DNA of 64,000 nt from Callorhinchus milii (GCF_018977255.1 NW_024704743.1:50842001-50906000), one strand, 5' to 3'; shown: positions 36,065 to 49,714, numbered from the stretch's first letter. Notes: generated by a model from the sequence alone, not told the origin. Numbers and translations are program-made.

Positions 36065-36695
36065 ATGTCAGCCTGGTTGATTTGATAGTACTCTCGCCTA
36101 TGAGTTAGAAGGTGGTGGGATAAAGTTCCACGTTGCAATTTGGAACTCATATGCTGAAGCTCCAATGCAGTGCTGTGGGCTGTTGCATTGTTATAGGTAC
36201 TACTTAATTGAGGTCCAGTCTGGCTGTTTGGGTAAATGTTAAAGATGCCATCGCAGGATTCAAAACGAGAAGGTTTTCAAAACAAGAAAATTTGGGTAGA
36301 TGTTAATGATACCATGGCATATTCAAAATGAGAACATTTTTTGTACTGGATTCAGAAATTGCAAGGAATCATTTTGTGATGATCACAGAAAGACGAAATT
36401 TGCAATTAGTTGCAATATTTGCAATTCACAATTGTTTTTCACATATTTTCCAGTTATTGCAAATGTACCTTTCATTTAGCTTCTCCTGGGATCCTGACCA
36501 GAAATCACCCAATCAAATTTGTCATTCACTTTATGGCTGTTTGTGGGACATCGTTGTGTACAAATCAGCTGCCACATTTGCCCACAAAACACAGTATATC
36601 CTGTGAAGCATTTTAAGATGTCCTCCTGACATAGAAGGCGTGATATGACAGTTAAGGATTATTAGTATTGTTATTATTTGCTATTATTATTGTTA
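36065..36695 (+). mobile_element. Old Deu-domain SINE with internal duplication and insertion
   Basis: Head gatagtactctcgcctatgagttagaagg; duplicated gta.atgttaa.gat.ccat.gca..attcaaaa.gagaa; tail gctgtttgtgggacatcg..ggattattag. Confidence 0.7.
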
Positions 36696-36877
36696 TAATT
36701 CATCTTATAATTCTGAACAATTTGAGAAATTCTTGAAAGTGTACAGTAGTTTCCTCTCGGGTCTAGTTCATTAATTTGAATATCTTTTTGAAGGCTTCAC
36801 AATGTGAAGCTGTTTTCCATCTTCAAGCATCTTACTTTTGTTATTCCTGGCAAAAACACACTGTTTCCATTTACAAA

Positions 36878-36985
36878 AATAAAATCCTTGCATTTGTTAC
36901 AGCACCTTATCACTTTGTTGAGATGTCTCAAAGCAATTCACGGAATATATTGTAAAGTGAATCGACCGTGTATTTTGTGGGTGAT
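36878..36985 (-). mobile_element. 5'-truncated young SINE
   Basis: aatccttgcatttg..gtaaagtgaatcgaccgtgtattttgtggg. Confidence 0.8.
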
Positions 36986-38894
36986 TTAAAAAAAGTTAAA
37001 GCCACAATTAACTTGATCAGCTTAAAGCTACAATGGAGGTCCAAAAAGTAGGAACAATGAATCTGGAGAGATATTTAGTCACATTTGATCAAGAAAAAAA
37101 TTGGACCTGAACAAGGCCATACAGATTGAAAGGTCACTGGTTCGAACCCCTGTTTGTGCTGAGATGAGGTGCTTGGCACTCAAAGAACCATAATCCAGTA
37201 GAAGAAAAACAATCAAAACACTTTCAATAGGGGGAGAATTGGCAGAACCTCCACAAAATAATCATTTATCTATAGCTCTTAAACTTCTGATGCTGGACAA
37301 ATGGAAGATAGACTAATGCCTTTTTCTTGTTTGGATGGAATTGGCTGCAGATCACTGTCACAAAGAATAATAATGATAATCCTTACATTTGAATTAGTAC
37401 CTATAACATTAAAATGTTTCAAAGTGCTTCACAGGAATTGCTGTCAAGTGTAATGATTGTATTTGTTGTTGAACACAGTATTTGTATTTGGAAGAGAAAA
37501 TGGCAGCCATGTCTTGAAACAAGTGAGGGAGAATGTGAGTTGAAGTACGTGATGTGATCATGCACACAGTTTGTGTCTGATTCAGTATTTTAATCATGCT
37601 GCAATACAAAAATTAGTGGTGGTTTTCTATCCTTTATATTGGTTAATTACATAATTAAAGACCCTTGCAATTCTTTTTGTACATGTGTATTTACACATGG
37701 TTTACACAATTGACATAACATCCCTCCAAACATACATTTTAGTATGTGTGTAACAATTAATGGTGAACAATCAGGTTAATAATTGGAGGAGAAAAATCAA
37801 TACAGATTGTTTTGTTTGATACCTGCCTCTTTCATCCAGATCAGACTGGATTGTTGTAGCACTGGAGGCTTCTGGCTATTAGCCATGATGATGACAATTT
37901 GAAGTGTTTATGGATTAAAACTCATCGCTCCTCTTTTAAGAAGAGACCACCCACACAAGCCAATTTAGTAGAAAACTTTGTTTGCTTAAAACCATAAAAA
38001 ATTATTTAAGATTTGTAACTGCTATCTTATTGTGATCCTAAACACGATACTATTCATGTTTTGACACATTCCTTTGTACATAATAGAAAACCCAAGAATC
38101 ATAAGACCATAAGAATTGCTAGACGAAAAAAGACCAAGGTCCATCCAGTTCACCTTGCACCAGTTTGGTAGTCGCATGCACAAGCCAACCTATATACAGC
38201 TATATACAGTACAAACTATAATCAGGTTAGTGAATGAAGTCCTGAATAAAAGCTACAATGGAGGTCCAAAAAGCTGAAGTCCATTTACTCACTCTAAAGA
38301 TGGTTAGTTTCAATTAGTTCAGCATGCTTTGCTTAGATAAGAACATTCAGACCTCCTTTCATCTGTTCATTTGTTACTACCATTCTTCTATATTAGATTT
38401 GTGTGAACAAAATATGTCCTTATTGCGTATAATAACGGCACTCCTTTATTTGCTAACTATATTTTTTCTGTTCTGCACTTAAGATATCTGTCACAATAAA
38501 TATAGCTTTCAGCAATCATTATCCCTGATTTACTTTTTATTGCTGGCATTTTGTGGATTTGCTATTTCTTGAATATATTAATTTGCATTAAATAACGGAT
38601 ACCATTGCCAGCGCAGTTTCATGTTGCAGTCTCTATTTTTAACTGCTGAGCGAAGGCAAGGCACAGTGAACGCCCGGGCCAAAGCCTGCCCTGTATTTCC
38701 ACTTTTGGGCTATGGCACTGTGATGTCTGGAAATGTATCAAATGACTTACGCAAATGGCTTCTCCTCAGGTCTGAAAGCTAGCTCACTTTATAGAACATT
38801 CATGTGTATAATTCAATGAGCAAAACTAATGTGATTGCTTTTTTTTTTGCTTTTGTTTGAAAAAGCATATCTACCACAAAGCGTGGTGGAAATT

Positions 38895-39135
38895 CACAAG
38901 CTTGCAAGATTGGTTTGGATAAAAAAGGCACTGCGACCCTTTAATCTCATCCCTACAGAATACCCACCCTCCTGTTTTCCCATCACAGCTTTTTGTCATT
39001 CCTGGCCTCAAGTTTCCTTCTTCATAACTTGTTCCAGTTGCTAATTACTTTCTGGGAAAAGAAAATCTTCCTGGTGCCCTTTGTAACTCTAAAGCTATAT
39101 CCTCTTGTTCTACTGGGTTGGTGCATCCGAAAGTA
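38895..39135 (-). mobile_element. Old CR1 3' fragment (same family as 4130 and 11850)
   Basis: cagaatacccaccctcctg..ccatcacag..ttgttccagttgctaatta. Confidence 0.6.
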
Positions 39136-40117
39136 GAACTGACTTAAGGCTGTTAAAAACAAAATAAGACAGGACTTATGAGCCTAAATCATAATGATAA
39201 AAAAACATACATGTCACAATTTTATATTTCTATTATATGGGAGGAATATGTGGAATGGGATAATATTAGCAATGATGATTATTATATTTGCCAAAAATAC
39301 AGTCGACAGCAGTCAATACACTCAATAGTTATAACTTTTGACTGCCCTTGACCACATTTTTAGTGGATGTGACTGGATGTCACTGGTGATAATATTCACC
39401 ACCTCCATTTCCTCCTCCACCAATATGTGAGTGATCGAACAAAGCAGCAAAGTAATGAAATGCAATCCATAGAAAAATACTACTTTATAAAGAAAACAAG
39501 CGATGCAATAATTATTTGACCATATGAATGCCAGAGAAACATTATAATTATGGCTCAGTATTTACAGACAGCTTCATGATAGGTTTCATGTCAGTTACAT
39601 TGTAGAAAGATTCATTGTTTATGGTTTATATTAAATCCATACTCTGCACATTTAATGATTTTTATATCTCCTTGAAAATGGAGCTGTACTAGTAAGCTTC
39701 AGGATTCCATAAACAAACCAACAAGATATTGATCTTGTTGCCCTTTTGTAAAGTCTTATGAAGAATATACAGTACACACATCAGTCACCTTGTGCCTGGA
39801 GGGTAAAGGAACCACATAAAACTATTGACAGAAATGAACAAGGAAAAAATATTTCTGACAACAGAGTTAACAAAACCATATGTTATGCCTTGTGTTGGTC
39901 AACTTCTGATTTATTGTTGATTTATCAACAGCAACTAGAGAAGAGCATTAAATAACAGAGGAACATTTTCACTGAGCTCTGCAAAATTAGCTTCCACAAT
40001 GTGCTTGTCCTTGCATGTATCCCCTCATCCAAGCCTTCCACCATCTTTTTCCGCCCATGGAAAAAGCTTCCCTCCATCCACAATTCCTCACAGATGCCCT
40101 CTCATCCTCAGACCTTC

Positions 40118-41217
40118 TCTCCCTCAGGGCTCTGTCCTCGGTCCCCTCCTCTTCACCCTCTATATGCTCCCCCTTGGTGACATCATCCGCAGACATGGGG
40201 TTAACTTCCACATGTATGCGGATGACACCCAACTCTACCTTTCCTCCTCTACCCTCAACTCCACAACCACCGATGTCCTGACAGCTGCCTGTCCGACATC
40301 GAGTCCTGGACGAGAGACAACTTTCTTCAGCTCAACGTACTCAAAACTGAGGCCCTCCTGATTGGCTCACGTCAGTGCCTCCGCACCTCAGGCACCGACA
40401 CCATCAGCATCCAAGGCTGCACTCTCCACCTCTCAAACCAGTCAGGAACCTCGGGGTTCTGTTCGACCCTGAGTTGTCCTTTCTTCCTCATATCCGCGCC
40501 ACAACTGGCACCGCCTTCCATCACCTCCGAAACATCGCCAGACTATGGCACTACCTCACCCCTCACGCTGCTGAAACACTGGTCCACGCCTTTATCACCT
40601 CAAGGCTGGACTATGGGAACTCTCTCCTCGCCGGCCTTCCCGGCACCTCCCTCCTCAAGCTGCAGGTCATTCAGAACTCTACAGCTCGTGTACTGTCCCG
40701 CACCAGGCTTCACGATCACATCACTCCCACCCTCGCTCGCCTTCACCGGCTCCCCATCCCCCAGAGGATCGAATTCAAGATCCTCATCCTCACCTACAAG
40801 GCCATTCACGGCCTCGCTCCCTCCTACCTCTCCAACCTACTATCCCCCTACTTACCTACCCGTACCCTCCATTCCTCTGGCTCCGGTCTGCTCCACATCC
40901 CCCGTCCTAACCGCCCTACCATCGGTGGCCGGACCTTCAGCCTCTCAGCCCCTAGGCTCTGGAACTCTATCCCCCAGTGCCTTTGCCGCCTCCTCCCTTT
41001 CCTCCTTCAAGGCCGGTCTCAAGACCTTTCTCTTTGACCGTGCCTTCAGCTCCCCTCTCGACTCTCTACCCCCTCCTCGCTCCCTCCCTTCCCTCCCCTC
41101 ACCCTTACCATTTCCCCCACTGCTCGGGTCCTGACCCAACTGTCCAGCGCCTTGGGACGTCCTCCCGACGTGAAAGGAGCTCTATAAATGAAATCTTGTT
41201 GTTGTTGTTGCTGTTGT
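40118..41217 (+). mobile_element. 5'-truncated L2 LINE with frameshifts
   Basis: [63 protein letters not shown]; tail gggacgtcctcccgacgtgaaagg..(TTG)n. Confidence 0.96.
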
Positions 41218-41279
41218 TCCCCACACAGTGATCCAGATGCAGCCGTCAAGCTGCTAAACGATCACCTCTCCCCAACCTT

Positions 41280-41445
41280 CAATTCAAAAAGGAATTGGAT
41301 AGGTACTTAAAAAGGAAAAATTTGGAAGGATATGGGGAAAGAGCAGGGGAGTGGGACTGATTGGGGAGCTCTTCCAAACAGCCAGCACAGGCACGATGGG
41401 CCGAATGGCTTCCTTCTGCCTCTAATATTCCATGGTTCTATGATA
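41280..41445 (+). mobile_element. CR1 3' end
   Basis: FKKELDRYLKR; ggcacgatgggccgaatggcttccttctg..atggttctatga. Confidence 0.85.
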
Positions 41446-42221
41446 ATTGTGCAGAGGAACCTCTCCTCTCATATCTTCCTGACAGGAAAGGTGCTTATAT
41501 AAATGCTATTTGTTGTTGTTATCTAAAGATCCCCAAGGCCTAAGATGAGCCTCAGCCTAACTAACACTTAAAGGTTATTTCTGAGAGTGAATACAAGCCG
41601 AGAGCAGATTTTGACTTTCTTTGACTGATCAAGTCCAGAAAACAAATATTGAACAAAAAAAGTTAAAAACCATCAATTTAAAAAAAAGAGAAAATCGATA
41701 CATCACTAATCACAATTTTCACCTCGTCTTTTTCAATAGTGAGATATCAGATCAACCTTCAGAACTGGCCCAGTAGAGGTGGTGTAATGAGAAAAGCTTT
41801 TGAATCCATCAATTCAAAACTTACAGGACATTTTTACCACTTGCTCTTTTTAACTGTACCTTCGGATTTTATTAGCACTAGAACCTCAATAGTTTATGGA
41901 GTATTAGGATACAGCTCCTCTTGTGACATGGACTACATAGTGAGCTCTCAACATTAACCAACCTGTTGCTTAGTTATTCCTCTTGAAAGGCTTCACTCGT
42001 ACGAATGGAGTGATGTTCTTGCAAGAAGTCACGTTTTTATGCTCCACATCAGGTAAAAATGTTGTCCTTGGTGTGTAAGCAATTTTTTCCTAATGTTATT
42101 TAAGGAGCCCTTCAAACAGTTTGCTCTTTAATATTTTACAAATGCTCCATTCATACTTCTTGAAGCCAACTCAGAGACAGCCTGAGAGTCTTGATTGGAT
42201 TTCCGGGGAACAAGAGTTTTG

Positions 42222-42400
42222 AATAATAATAATAATAATAGTAGCAATTGATTTAGTGCCTTTCATATCAGTGGGAACATCTCAAAGCATTTACAGGTTA
42301 TACTGTAAAGTGTAATGACTGTAAATTTTGTTGGCAAATGTGGCAGCCAGTTTGGGCACAGCAATGCCCCACATACAGCTGTCAAGTGAACGCAAAGTGA
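42222..42400 (-). mobile_element. SINE 3' fragment (Deu-type)
   Basis: (aat)n..tgtggcagccagtttgggcacagcaatgcccc. Confidence 0.75.
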
Positions 42401-44214
42401 CTGAATCTTGAGGAGATGCAAGTCCAGTACAATTGACACCGCCCACAGTTGGTCTTGGACCAGGAAGAAATTAAAAATTCCATTGCATTTTGTATATTGA
42501 AGCCAAAACATTCATGCTCATCTGCAGTCCACATTACACTTTTTTCCCTTTGCCTTCAATGTAGGTTTGTTCAGTGGTCTTCCTAACAAATGTGTGACGT
42601 GGAGAGCTCCAGTCCAACAGAATATTCTCTCCTGAGACTGGGATTGAGCTAATTTAGTAGATTAAAGAGAATTCTACAATGTATTTTACCCTGTATTATA
42701 TCCACCAGGCAATACTTGACTCATACTCAGCACAAATAGGAAAAGTATCCAATTCTCTGGTGCCAGCCATTTCCTCATCTTGATAAGGACACATTTCATA
42801 AATCCCACTGAGATAAATAAAGAGAAAAAAATTGCAAATGAATTAATTTACTGTAAACACTGATAAAATGTTTTAATGAACAATATTAAACAGAATTGAG
42901 ATCCCCTGGCAGTTTGAGTTATCAAAATGTTATTGATAGCTTTCTTTTGTACTGGAGTTCTTTGTTCACAAATGTGAGTCACCTCAGTTGTATTGAGTGA
43001 AAGCTGTGTTTTGAAAGTGGCTATGACTTTGGGGAAAATAATTTTACTTACTTAAATCTTGCAATCACCTCTTATGCATTAAGACTCTAACAAACTTTTT
43101 TATAGGCAGCTATCAGATGAACGAAATGGTGATTGAAATTGATTGTTCAATGTACCTGTCCAGGATCAAGCAACGACTATAACCACAGACTATACCAGCC
43201 CCTCTGCTCACAGATACGATTGACCCCACCACCACCTTGACACAAAGCAGTTCTTCAAAATGTTCGGACCGTAAGCTTTTCACATCACATTTATGGATGT
43301 TGCTGTCAAATACTTTAGAAAGGATGTTTGGATCTAATTTTTCTTCAAAATGTGTGCAGCCACTTGGCAACAAATGGCTTTGTTATGCTGCCTTTTCAGC
43401 ACCTTGGGCGTCCTCCCGACGTGAAAGGTGCTATAAAAATGTAATATTTTGTTGTTGCCACGTGCTGGACTTGTGAAACTTACCCCAGCATCTCCTGGTT
43501 GATTAACATTCAGATTCTGCTGATAGCTGCATTTCCCCCAGGAAATAACTTAACTTTTGCAGATTCTGTAAGCGAGACCCTTGGTCCTCAGAATTGCTTC
43601 CTTCCCCTCACCTACTCCTGCGGCAACCCTGAGGGCTCAAAACAATGACACTTTTCCCACCTGCAGATTGCCACTTTCAACACTGACGCTCACAATGGGC
43701 AGCCTCACAGTGGCAAGGTCTCAGCCGTCTGTAGGTGGACTGGCTCAGGCAGTATTGAGGAATCCGTTATGTTTATCATAGTTGCTTTGAGGTAAGGAAA
43801 AATTATCTTTTTCCACTTTAATGATGCTGCCTACAACAACAACAACTTGCATTTATAAAGCAGTCTTCACACATCTTGGAACATCTTGGAGCAACAATTT
43901 AGAGCTACAAACGGAAGTTGATCCAGAATATATATGATCTCAAGTGATAAAGATTTAAAAACATACACTAAATGTATGTATCTAAATTTTTAGATCTTCA
44001 GTCCTCAAGCACTCTGAGATGCTACCCCGATTGAAAGATGCTATATAAATGCAAGTTGTTGCTGTTGTTGGTGTTGTAAATGATAGTTATGCATGACATT
44101 GTTGTCAATTTGTTAATGTTATTTTCTATTGTTTTGACTAAAGGAGATAACTATGATACATTATGGTTTGGAGCTCCTCTGCTCTGGCTCAGTGACAGTG
44201 ACAACCTGAAAAAC

Positions 44215-44390
44215 AACTAATAATAATAATCTTCGCATTTGATACAGTGCCTTATCATGTCTTCGAGACATCTTAACACACTTCAAAGAATATATTGTAA
44301 TGTAAATTGACTGTATATTTTGTGGACGAAATGCGGCAGCCAATTGTCCACAGCAGTGTCCCACAAACAGTCGTGGATTGAAGTGACCGT
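44215..44390 (-). mobile_element. 5'-truncated young SINE
   Basis: taataataatcttcgcatttg..cccacaaacagtcgtggattgaagtgacc. Confidence 0.88.
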
Positions 44391-44609
44391 TATATGGAAA
44401 AAGTGGGGTCCAAAAATGTAACTTAATTGCCTGGTTATATACTGGTAAACTGGTAACCTGATGACCATGTGCCATGCCATCCTTCACTCTGCTGCAATCT
44501 AATTGTGGAGCAGATTGCTGTGACAAACTTTGAAAGTGATGCAGGGATCACCAGCTATTTGTATTTCTTAGTGCATATTGTACTTTCATGAAAGTGAATT
44601 CAGTGCCCA

Positions 44610-44960
44610 TCTAAAATCCTATCAACTACCTGATCCCTCTACTTGGCAGGTACTGCCTCTTCATGTCCCTGCTCTGCCTGCCCCATCATTGGCAGTGGGA
44701 CCTTCAGCCTTTCTGCCTTCACTTTCTGGAACTCCATACCGGAGTCCCTTCGGCTCGTCCCTTTCCTTGCCTCCTTTAAGGACTGTCTTAAAATCTTCCT
44801 CTTTGAATGCTCCTTTGGTCATCTTCCCACTCCCAACCTCACCCCCCTTGATCCCACCCCTCTTAAATCCAACTCATAGCTAACCCGTATTATTATGCAA
44901 GTCCTCGACTGTCCAACTTAGGACATCCTACTGATGTGAAAGGCACTATATAAATGCAAC
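44610..44960 (+). mobile_element. Degenerate L2 3' end
   Basis: IIGSGTFSLSAFTFWNSIPESLRL..ASFKDCLKIFLF; tail gtgaaaggcactatataaatgcaa. Confidence 0.8.
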
Positions 44961-45990
44961 CACAACAGCGACTCTCAAACATCTACCTGCCACACCAGGT
45001 TACTCCACATCTGTGGGTAGGGAATAACATTTAATTTCAACTGTAGGAAAAAACAATATTTCATCGGTGCCAGCATATACTGTAATTTTCAATGGTGTAA
45101 ATAAGGAGAACTGGTATAAATCGACCATTGAATATCAATCTTCCCCCACATTTTAACTGATGTCGTTCTGTGGCATCTGTGGGTTTCATGGATAAAATCT
45201 GATATTTGTTTTGTATTGTGTAGAAGCTGTGATATTTCCCTGTTAGATGCTGTGAAACAAATCCCAATATCAATGATGTTCAAATCATGTGATTCAGCCA
45301 GGGAGCTGTCTGTCTTCAACAATACCCCCTGCTGGCATAAAAGGAAAAGTGTGAAAAACAGTAAGTAATGTTAAATCTGTGCATATTATAAAGAACATAA
45401 GACTCTTTAGTGAATTTCAAGGCAGTGAGACATCTCAGGGGTGATATGACATTGATAAAACTGTTTGAGATTTGCTTCAGTCTCTTGAAATGTCACTATG
45501 ATTTGAGTCAAAACTGTGGTATCCTACAAATACCATCTATAGGTTTTATTCCCTAAATACAGTATATTATTACATGATTATTATACATGTGTAGAAGAAG
45601 GGTAGGGTTCATATAGGTGTTGCAAGTTCTCACGAATGCAAAGTTGCTTGTTCTTATTATCCCTATTTCACATGTGCTTTACATCATTGCTGTATGTAAT
45701 GTTTAGATTGTGTTATTCTTAAAAAAATACATTGTGAAGTGGACTGAAAATTGAGTCAAAACATTAAGCCCTCGCTTAGGAACGTGGTACAAAATGGCTT
45801 TGAACCCTTGCATGCCAGGGATGATAAGAAGCTCTGTTTTTGCTGCAAACTGTATGCAATCTCTGAGTATTTATATTCACTTTTGCCCTGACCCAGTTGA
45901 TGTACCGGATAGTATCAGATTACTTGCCCAACACTTGAGCTGTGGTTTACCTCCAGGCAGAAAGTGACCAGGGATTTGAATCAGACTATA

Positions 45991-46523
45991 GCCCCCACTC
46001 TGATTTAAATCACATTGATTTGAAGCCCTCTTCAAACAAGCATCAGGAGTTGGGAGCTTTAATTCCGAAGGATAGCTGAAGCTAAATACGTCTGCAGTAT
46101 TCACACAGGAAGTTTCGACATGAACCAGGAGCAGATCCGGACCAAATGGAATCTTGTAGCTGCAGTGAAACATGTTTTTAATTTTAAGATCTAATGTTTG
46201 TAACCAAGGAGACCTCACATGATTGCACATTCCATTTACATTGAAGAAGAAATTTGCTGAGGGATTTTCACTTAACAAAAAATATTGGGCAGGACATTAA
46301 TAGTACCCAGATTACCCTTACTTTTTGCAGTCGTTGCTGTGGACTTTTTGTCACTTAGCTGGACAAGAAGATAGGACTTTAAAACAACGTTTTCTTACTG
46401 AAAAATAAGTTCTTCATTTCCTTAGGATTCAGAGCCAGGCATTGCTAGGGATTAAAATTCTGAACTCCTGATGCTTGTTTACAGAGGGCTGCAAATCAAG
46501 GTGATATAAATCAGAAAGGGGGC
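45991..46523. mobile_element. MITE with ~75-80 bp terminal inverted repeats, flanked by TA
   Basis: gcccccactctgatttaaatcacattgatttgaagccctcttcaaacaagcatcaggagtt vs reverse complement of aactcctgatgcttgtttacagagggctgcaaatcaaggtgatataaatcagaaagggggc. Confidence 0.85.
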
Positions 46524-46814
46524 TAGTTCTACCTTAATGTGACACTCAAGTGATGTCGTGATGCATTTTGCTTCTACCTACATCTTTGCATATGGTATGT
46601 CTGCAAACAAATCAAACAAGTTTGCCACATCCATTTTCCGAAGATTTAACATCTCAAAAGATTGACGTCTTTGGCAGTGCAGTGATTCAGGGATAGAAGC
46701 TCAAGGTGAGTCTGGAGCTCAACATACCATCAAATGGCCAAGTAACCGAGTGTAAATTGTAGTTACTTTTTTAATCAAACAATCCTTTTGAATGCCATAT
46801 ATAAATATAGTACT

Positions 46815-46990
46815 GGTCATTTACTTCATGGCTGTTTGTGGGTCATTGCTGTGTGCAAATTGTCTACCGTGTCTGCCTACAAAATGTGCAGTCAGTCACT
46901 ACACTTTACAGTAAATCCTGTAAATCGCTTTGGGACGTATTCCTGAAATGAAAGGCATTATATGAAATTAAATGATAATTATTATTACAT
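46815..46990 (+). mobile_element. SINE 3' fragment (Deu-type)
   Basis: ggctgtttgtgggtcattgctgtgtgcaaatt..cgctttgggacgt. Confidence 0.8.
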
Positions 46991-48439
46991 TTTTATTATT
47001 ACTGACTAATTCGGATGTTGCAGAATTCTCTGTTTGCATATAAAACATATCTGGAGTGCTGTCTGGGATTAATGGGTGCCCTACGTAAATGGATATGCAG
47101 TAATGTATTTGGTGCAGGTTCAGTGTGTCTTTGGTGGAGCTGAAGTCACTCTGCCCAAAGGGAAACACCACATAAATCATAGGGGACAAGAACATCTCAT
47201 TGTTGAAAGTCAATACAGAAGAATAATTGAAAATACATTTTAAAAAGGTTGTCCAGAATAACATTTCATTATTCCAACAGGGTTAACAGCAAATTGAGCA
47301 CATCCTTTTTTTGCAAGTTGACTAAATGTATTTTTGGCAGTTGCCCACAGTTTGAAAATAGCACAGAAACGACTCCCAATAATTGTGGGTCAAAAGATTT
47401 ACTTTCCCACAAGGCAATGAGGAAAGGTCATAAATCCAACATTATTTAACCTTATGAAAATATCATTGAGCATTAAAACACAAATATTGCTTGAGCAACA
47501 ACTGAGTTGGAAAAGCAGTGTAAAAAAATCAACGTTCATGATTATAGAAGCTGTAGTTACCATATGTTAAAATCTGGTAAAACTAAACCTATGGACAAAC
47601 CCAGGAGACCAAGGGGAGAAAAGGAGAGGAGTGAAGGAGTTAAGGGAATGTATTGCTTCTTCCCACACGTGAACAATCCTTTTTTTGCCCTTATTGACAA
47701 GAACAATTAATTTCCATTCATATTCTTGGGGTGGTATCAGAGCAAGCTATCAGTAGCTTCATCAGTGATGAGAACTTCAATTAAAATGTCTTTTCAAATC
47801 TTATCTGACAATAAAACAGCACTGTGCGCACACAGCTTATTCACTCTGCTTGAACATCCGTGCCTAAGCCTTAGTTGGCTGTTGTCCAACGACTCTTAAA
47901 CCCATTAATGCTCTTACAAAAACGGCTTCTAATACTTTTGTGCTGGAATAAATTTCACATGATCATTTTAGTCGGAAATGAATTGGGTATATCTGTCTTA
48001 GTGATTTAACTGAGAAAGCCTCCCCACAGGCAGGCAGGAGCCTATCACGCCCCAGTTGGCTGCAATTGCAACCACTGAACAGCTGGTGGCAATGCAGGCT
48101 AAATGTTGTATTAAATTGTGTATTTGTGAACAGAAGTGCTGTGCATTATTTGCAGTCAATCCTTATATTAATATTCAATTATTCAATTATTTATGGTTAA
48201 TGGCATGAATAACATAAAATAGACCAGAGTGCTGTCACTTCCTTTTTGGAAAGAACAATCAGCCAGAGATGTTAGATCGGAAAAGCTACTGCACTTTCCA
48301 CATACATACACAGTATGTACAGAAGTTGCAACCCCTGATCCAAACCTACTCCTCTGATTTTCCTGGCCTTTAGTATATATAATCTATATATCTATTGTAA
48401 AACAGAAATGTTTATGGGATAGATGTTTACCTTCAGCTA

Positions 48440-48568
48440 GTCTGTGTGCAAATTGGCTGCTGTGTTCGCCTTACAAAATACCCAGTCACTACACTTTACA
48501 GTGATTCCTGTGAAATGCTTTGAGATATCTTCCTGGTGTTATATCAAATATAAGGATTATTATTATTT
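48440..48568 (+). mobile_element. SINE 3' fragment
   Basis: ctgtgtgcaaattggctgctgtgttcgcc..atatcaaatataaggattattatt. Confidence 0.8.
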
Positions 48569-49690
48569 ATACAGATATTATGCCTTGTAGCAGTTTTTAC
48601 ACAACAGAGTCTCCTTTATAATATTTCTTAACAAGAAAAATGTGGAGTTGTTGAATTTGAAGAAAATTGACTGCTGAATAATGCAATTAACTAAGTCGTA
48701 AAAAAACAATAATACTTTCTTCAGCATATTTGATGTTATAGGAATTTGATAATTATTCACCTATTGTATACAAGCAATTGTTTAAATACCTCAAATTAAA
48801 CTCCAATGATACTGTCTACTTGGGCTAGAGAGAACTTTTAGCATATGAATTAGTAACATTACGACAATACAGAAATAGGTAAACAGCAACTGTGTTGCTT
48901 GGGGTTTTGGTTGGCACCATCATTGGGTAGCAGACACCTTTCTCTGCTAGATTCACCTCCCAGAGGAAAATCACCTTGAAGATAGCATTGCTGCTCCACG
49001 TCCCTGCAGTGTTTACCGTGCTTGAAGTGCTTGAAGTATTCAGTGAATACTGTCAGGGAAACGCTTTTTTTCTCAATCTTTTTCATTCAATCTCATAGTT
49101 AGCGATACTCAGAAAACTGAACACAATCTTTATTGAAGAGTTATCACCTGAAAGAAAAGTATTTTCTGGATTGTTTGCTTATTGATGTCAGTCTGTATAG
49201 AACAGTTAAAGAGATCTCCTGTTTTATAAACAGCTGTAAGATCAGTGATATAACTGAGCAATTGCTCATTACTGTTTAGGGACAAAAAGGCAAATTATTG
49301 ATAATTTAGAGTTAGGAAATGGCCACATTATAAAAACTGTAAAATATGATGTAAATATAGCTGCTAAAATGTAATAAGCACATTCTAAACCGATTAAAGA
49401 TGACATAACTTTCTGTAACATAACTTTATTTTGTTACAATGCACTTAGTGATGTGAATATTATTGTTCACCATATCAAACTTCATCTGCGAGACATTATT
49501 AGACATTTCATAATCAAAATTTCAATTTGGGTCAGAATTTGGGAGCTTGTCAATACACCTTCTGCCCAGTTCTATTTCTATCTGGCATTTGTACACACTA
49601 TATGTCAGAAGACATCTGTACCTTTTTATAAGTTAGATATAAAGAGAAATTTATAGACAAAACACTGTAGATTGAGTTATGGTAGATTGT

Positions 49691-49714
49691 GGGGGTGGGG
49701 GTGGGGGAGGGGGG
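49691..49714 (+). other. Canonical G-quadruplex-forming motif
   Basis: G5-t-G5-t-G5-a-G6. Confidence 0.7.

Noticed and set aside
41990..42052. Short ag..gt bounded candidate exon
   Set aside because: The open frames give no recognisable peptide and the acceptor is weak; it cannot be supported without RNA data.
43105..43270. Candidate exon between ttttttatag and gtaagc
   Set aside because: Stop codons in all three frames; no recognisable protein.
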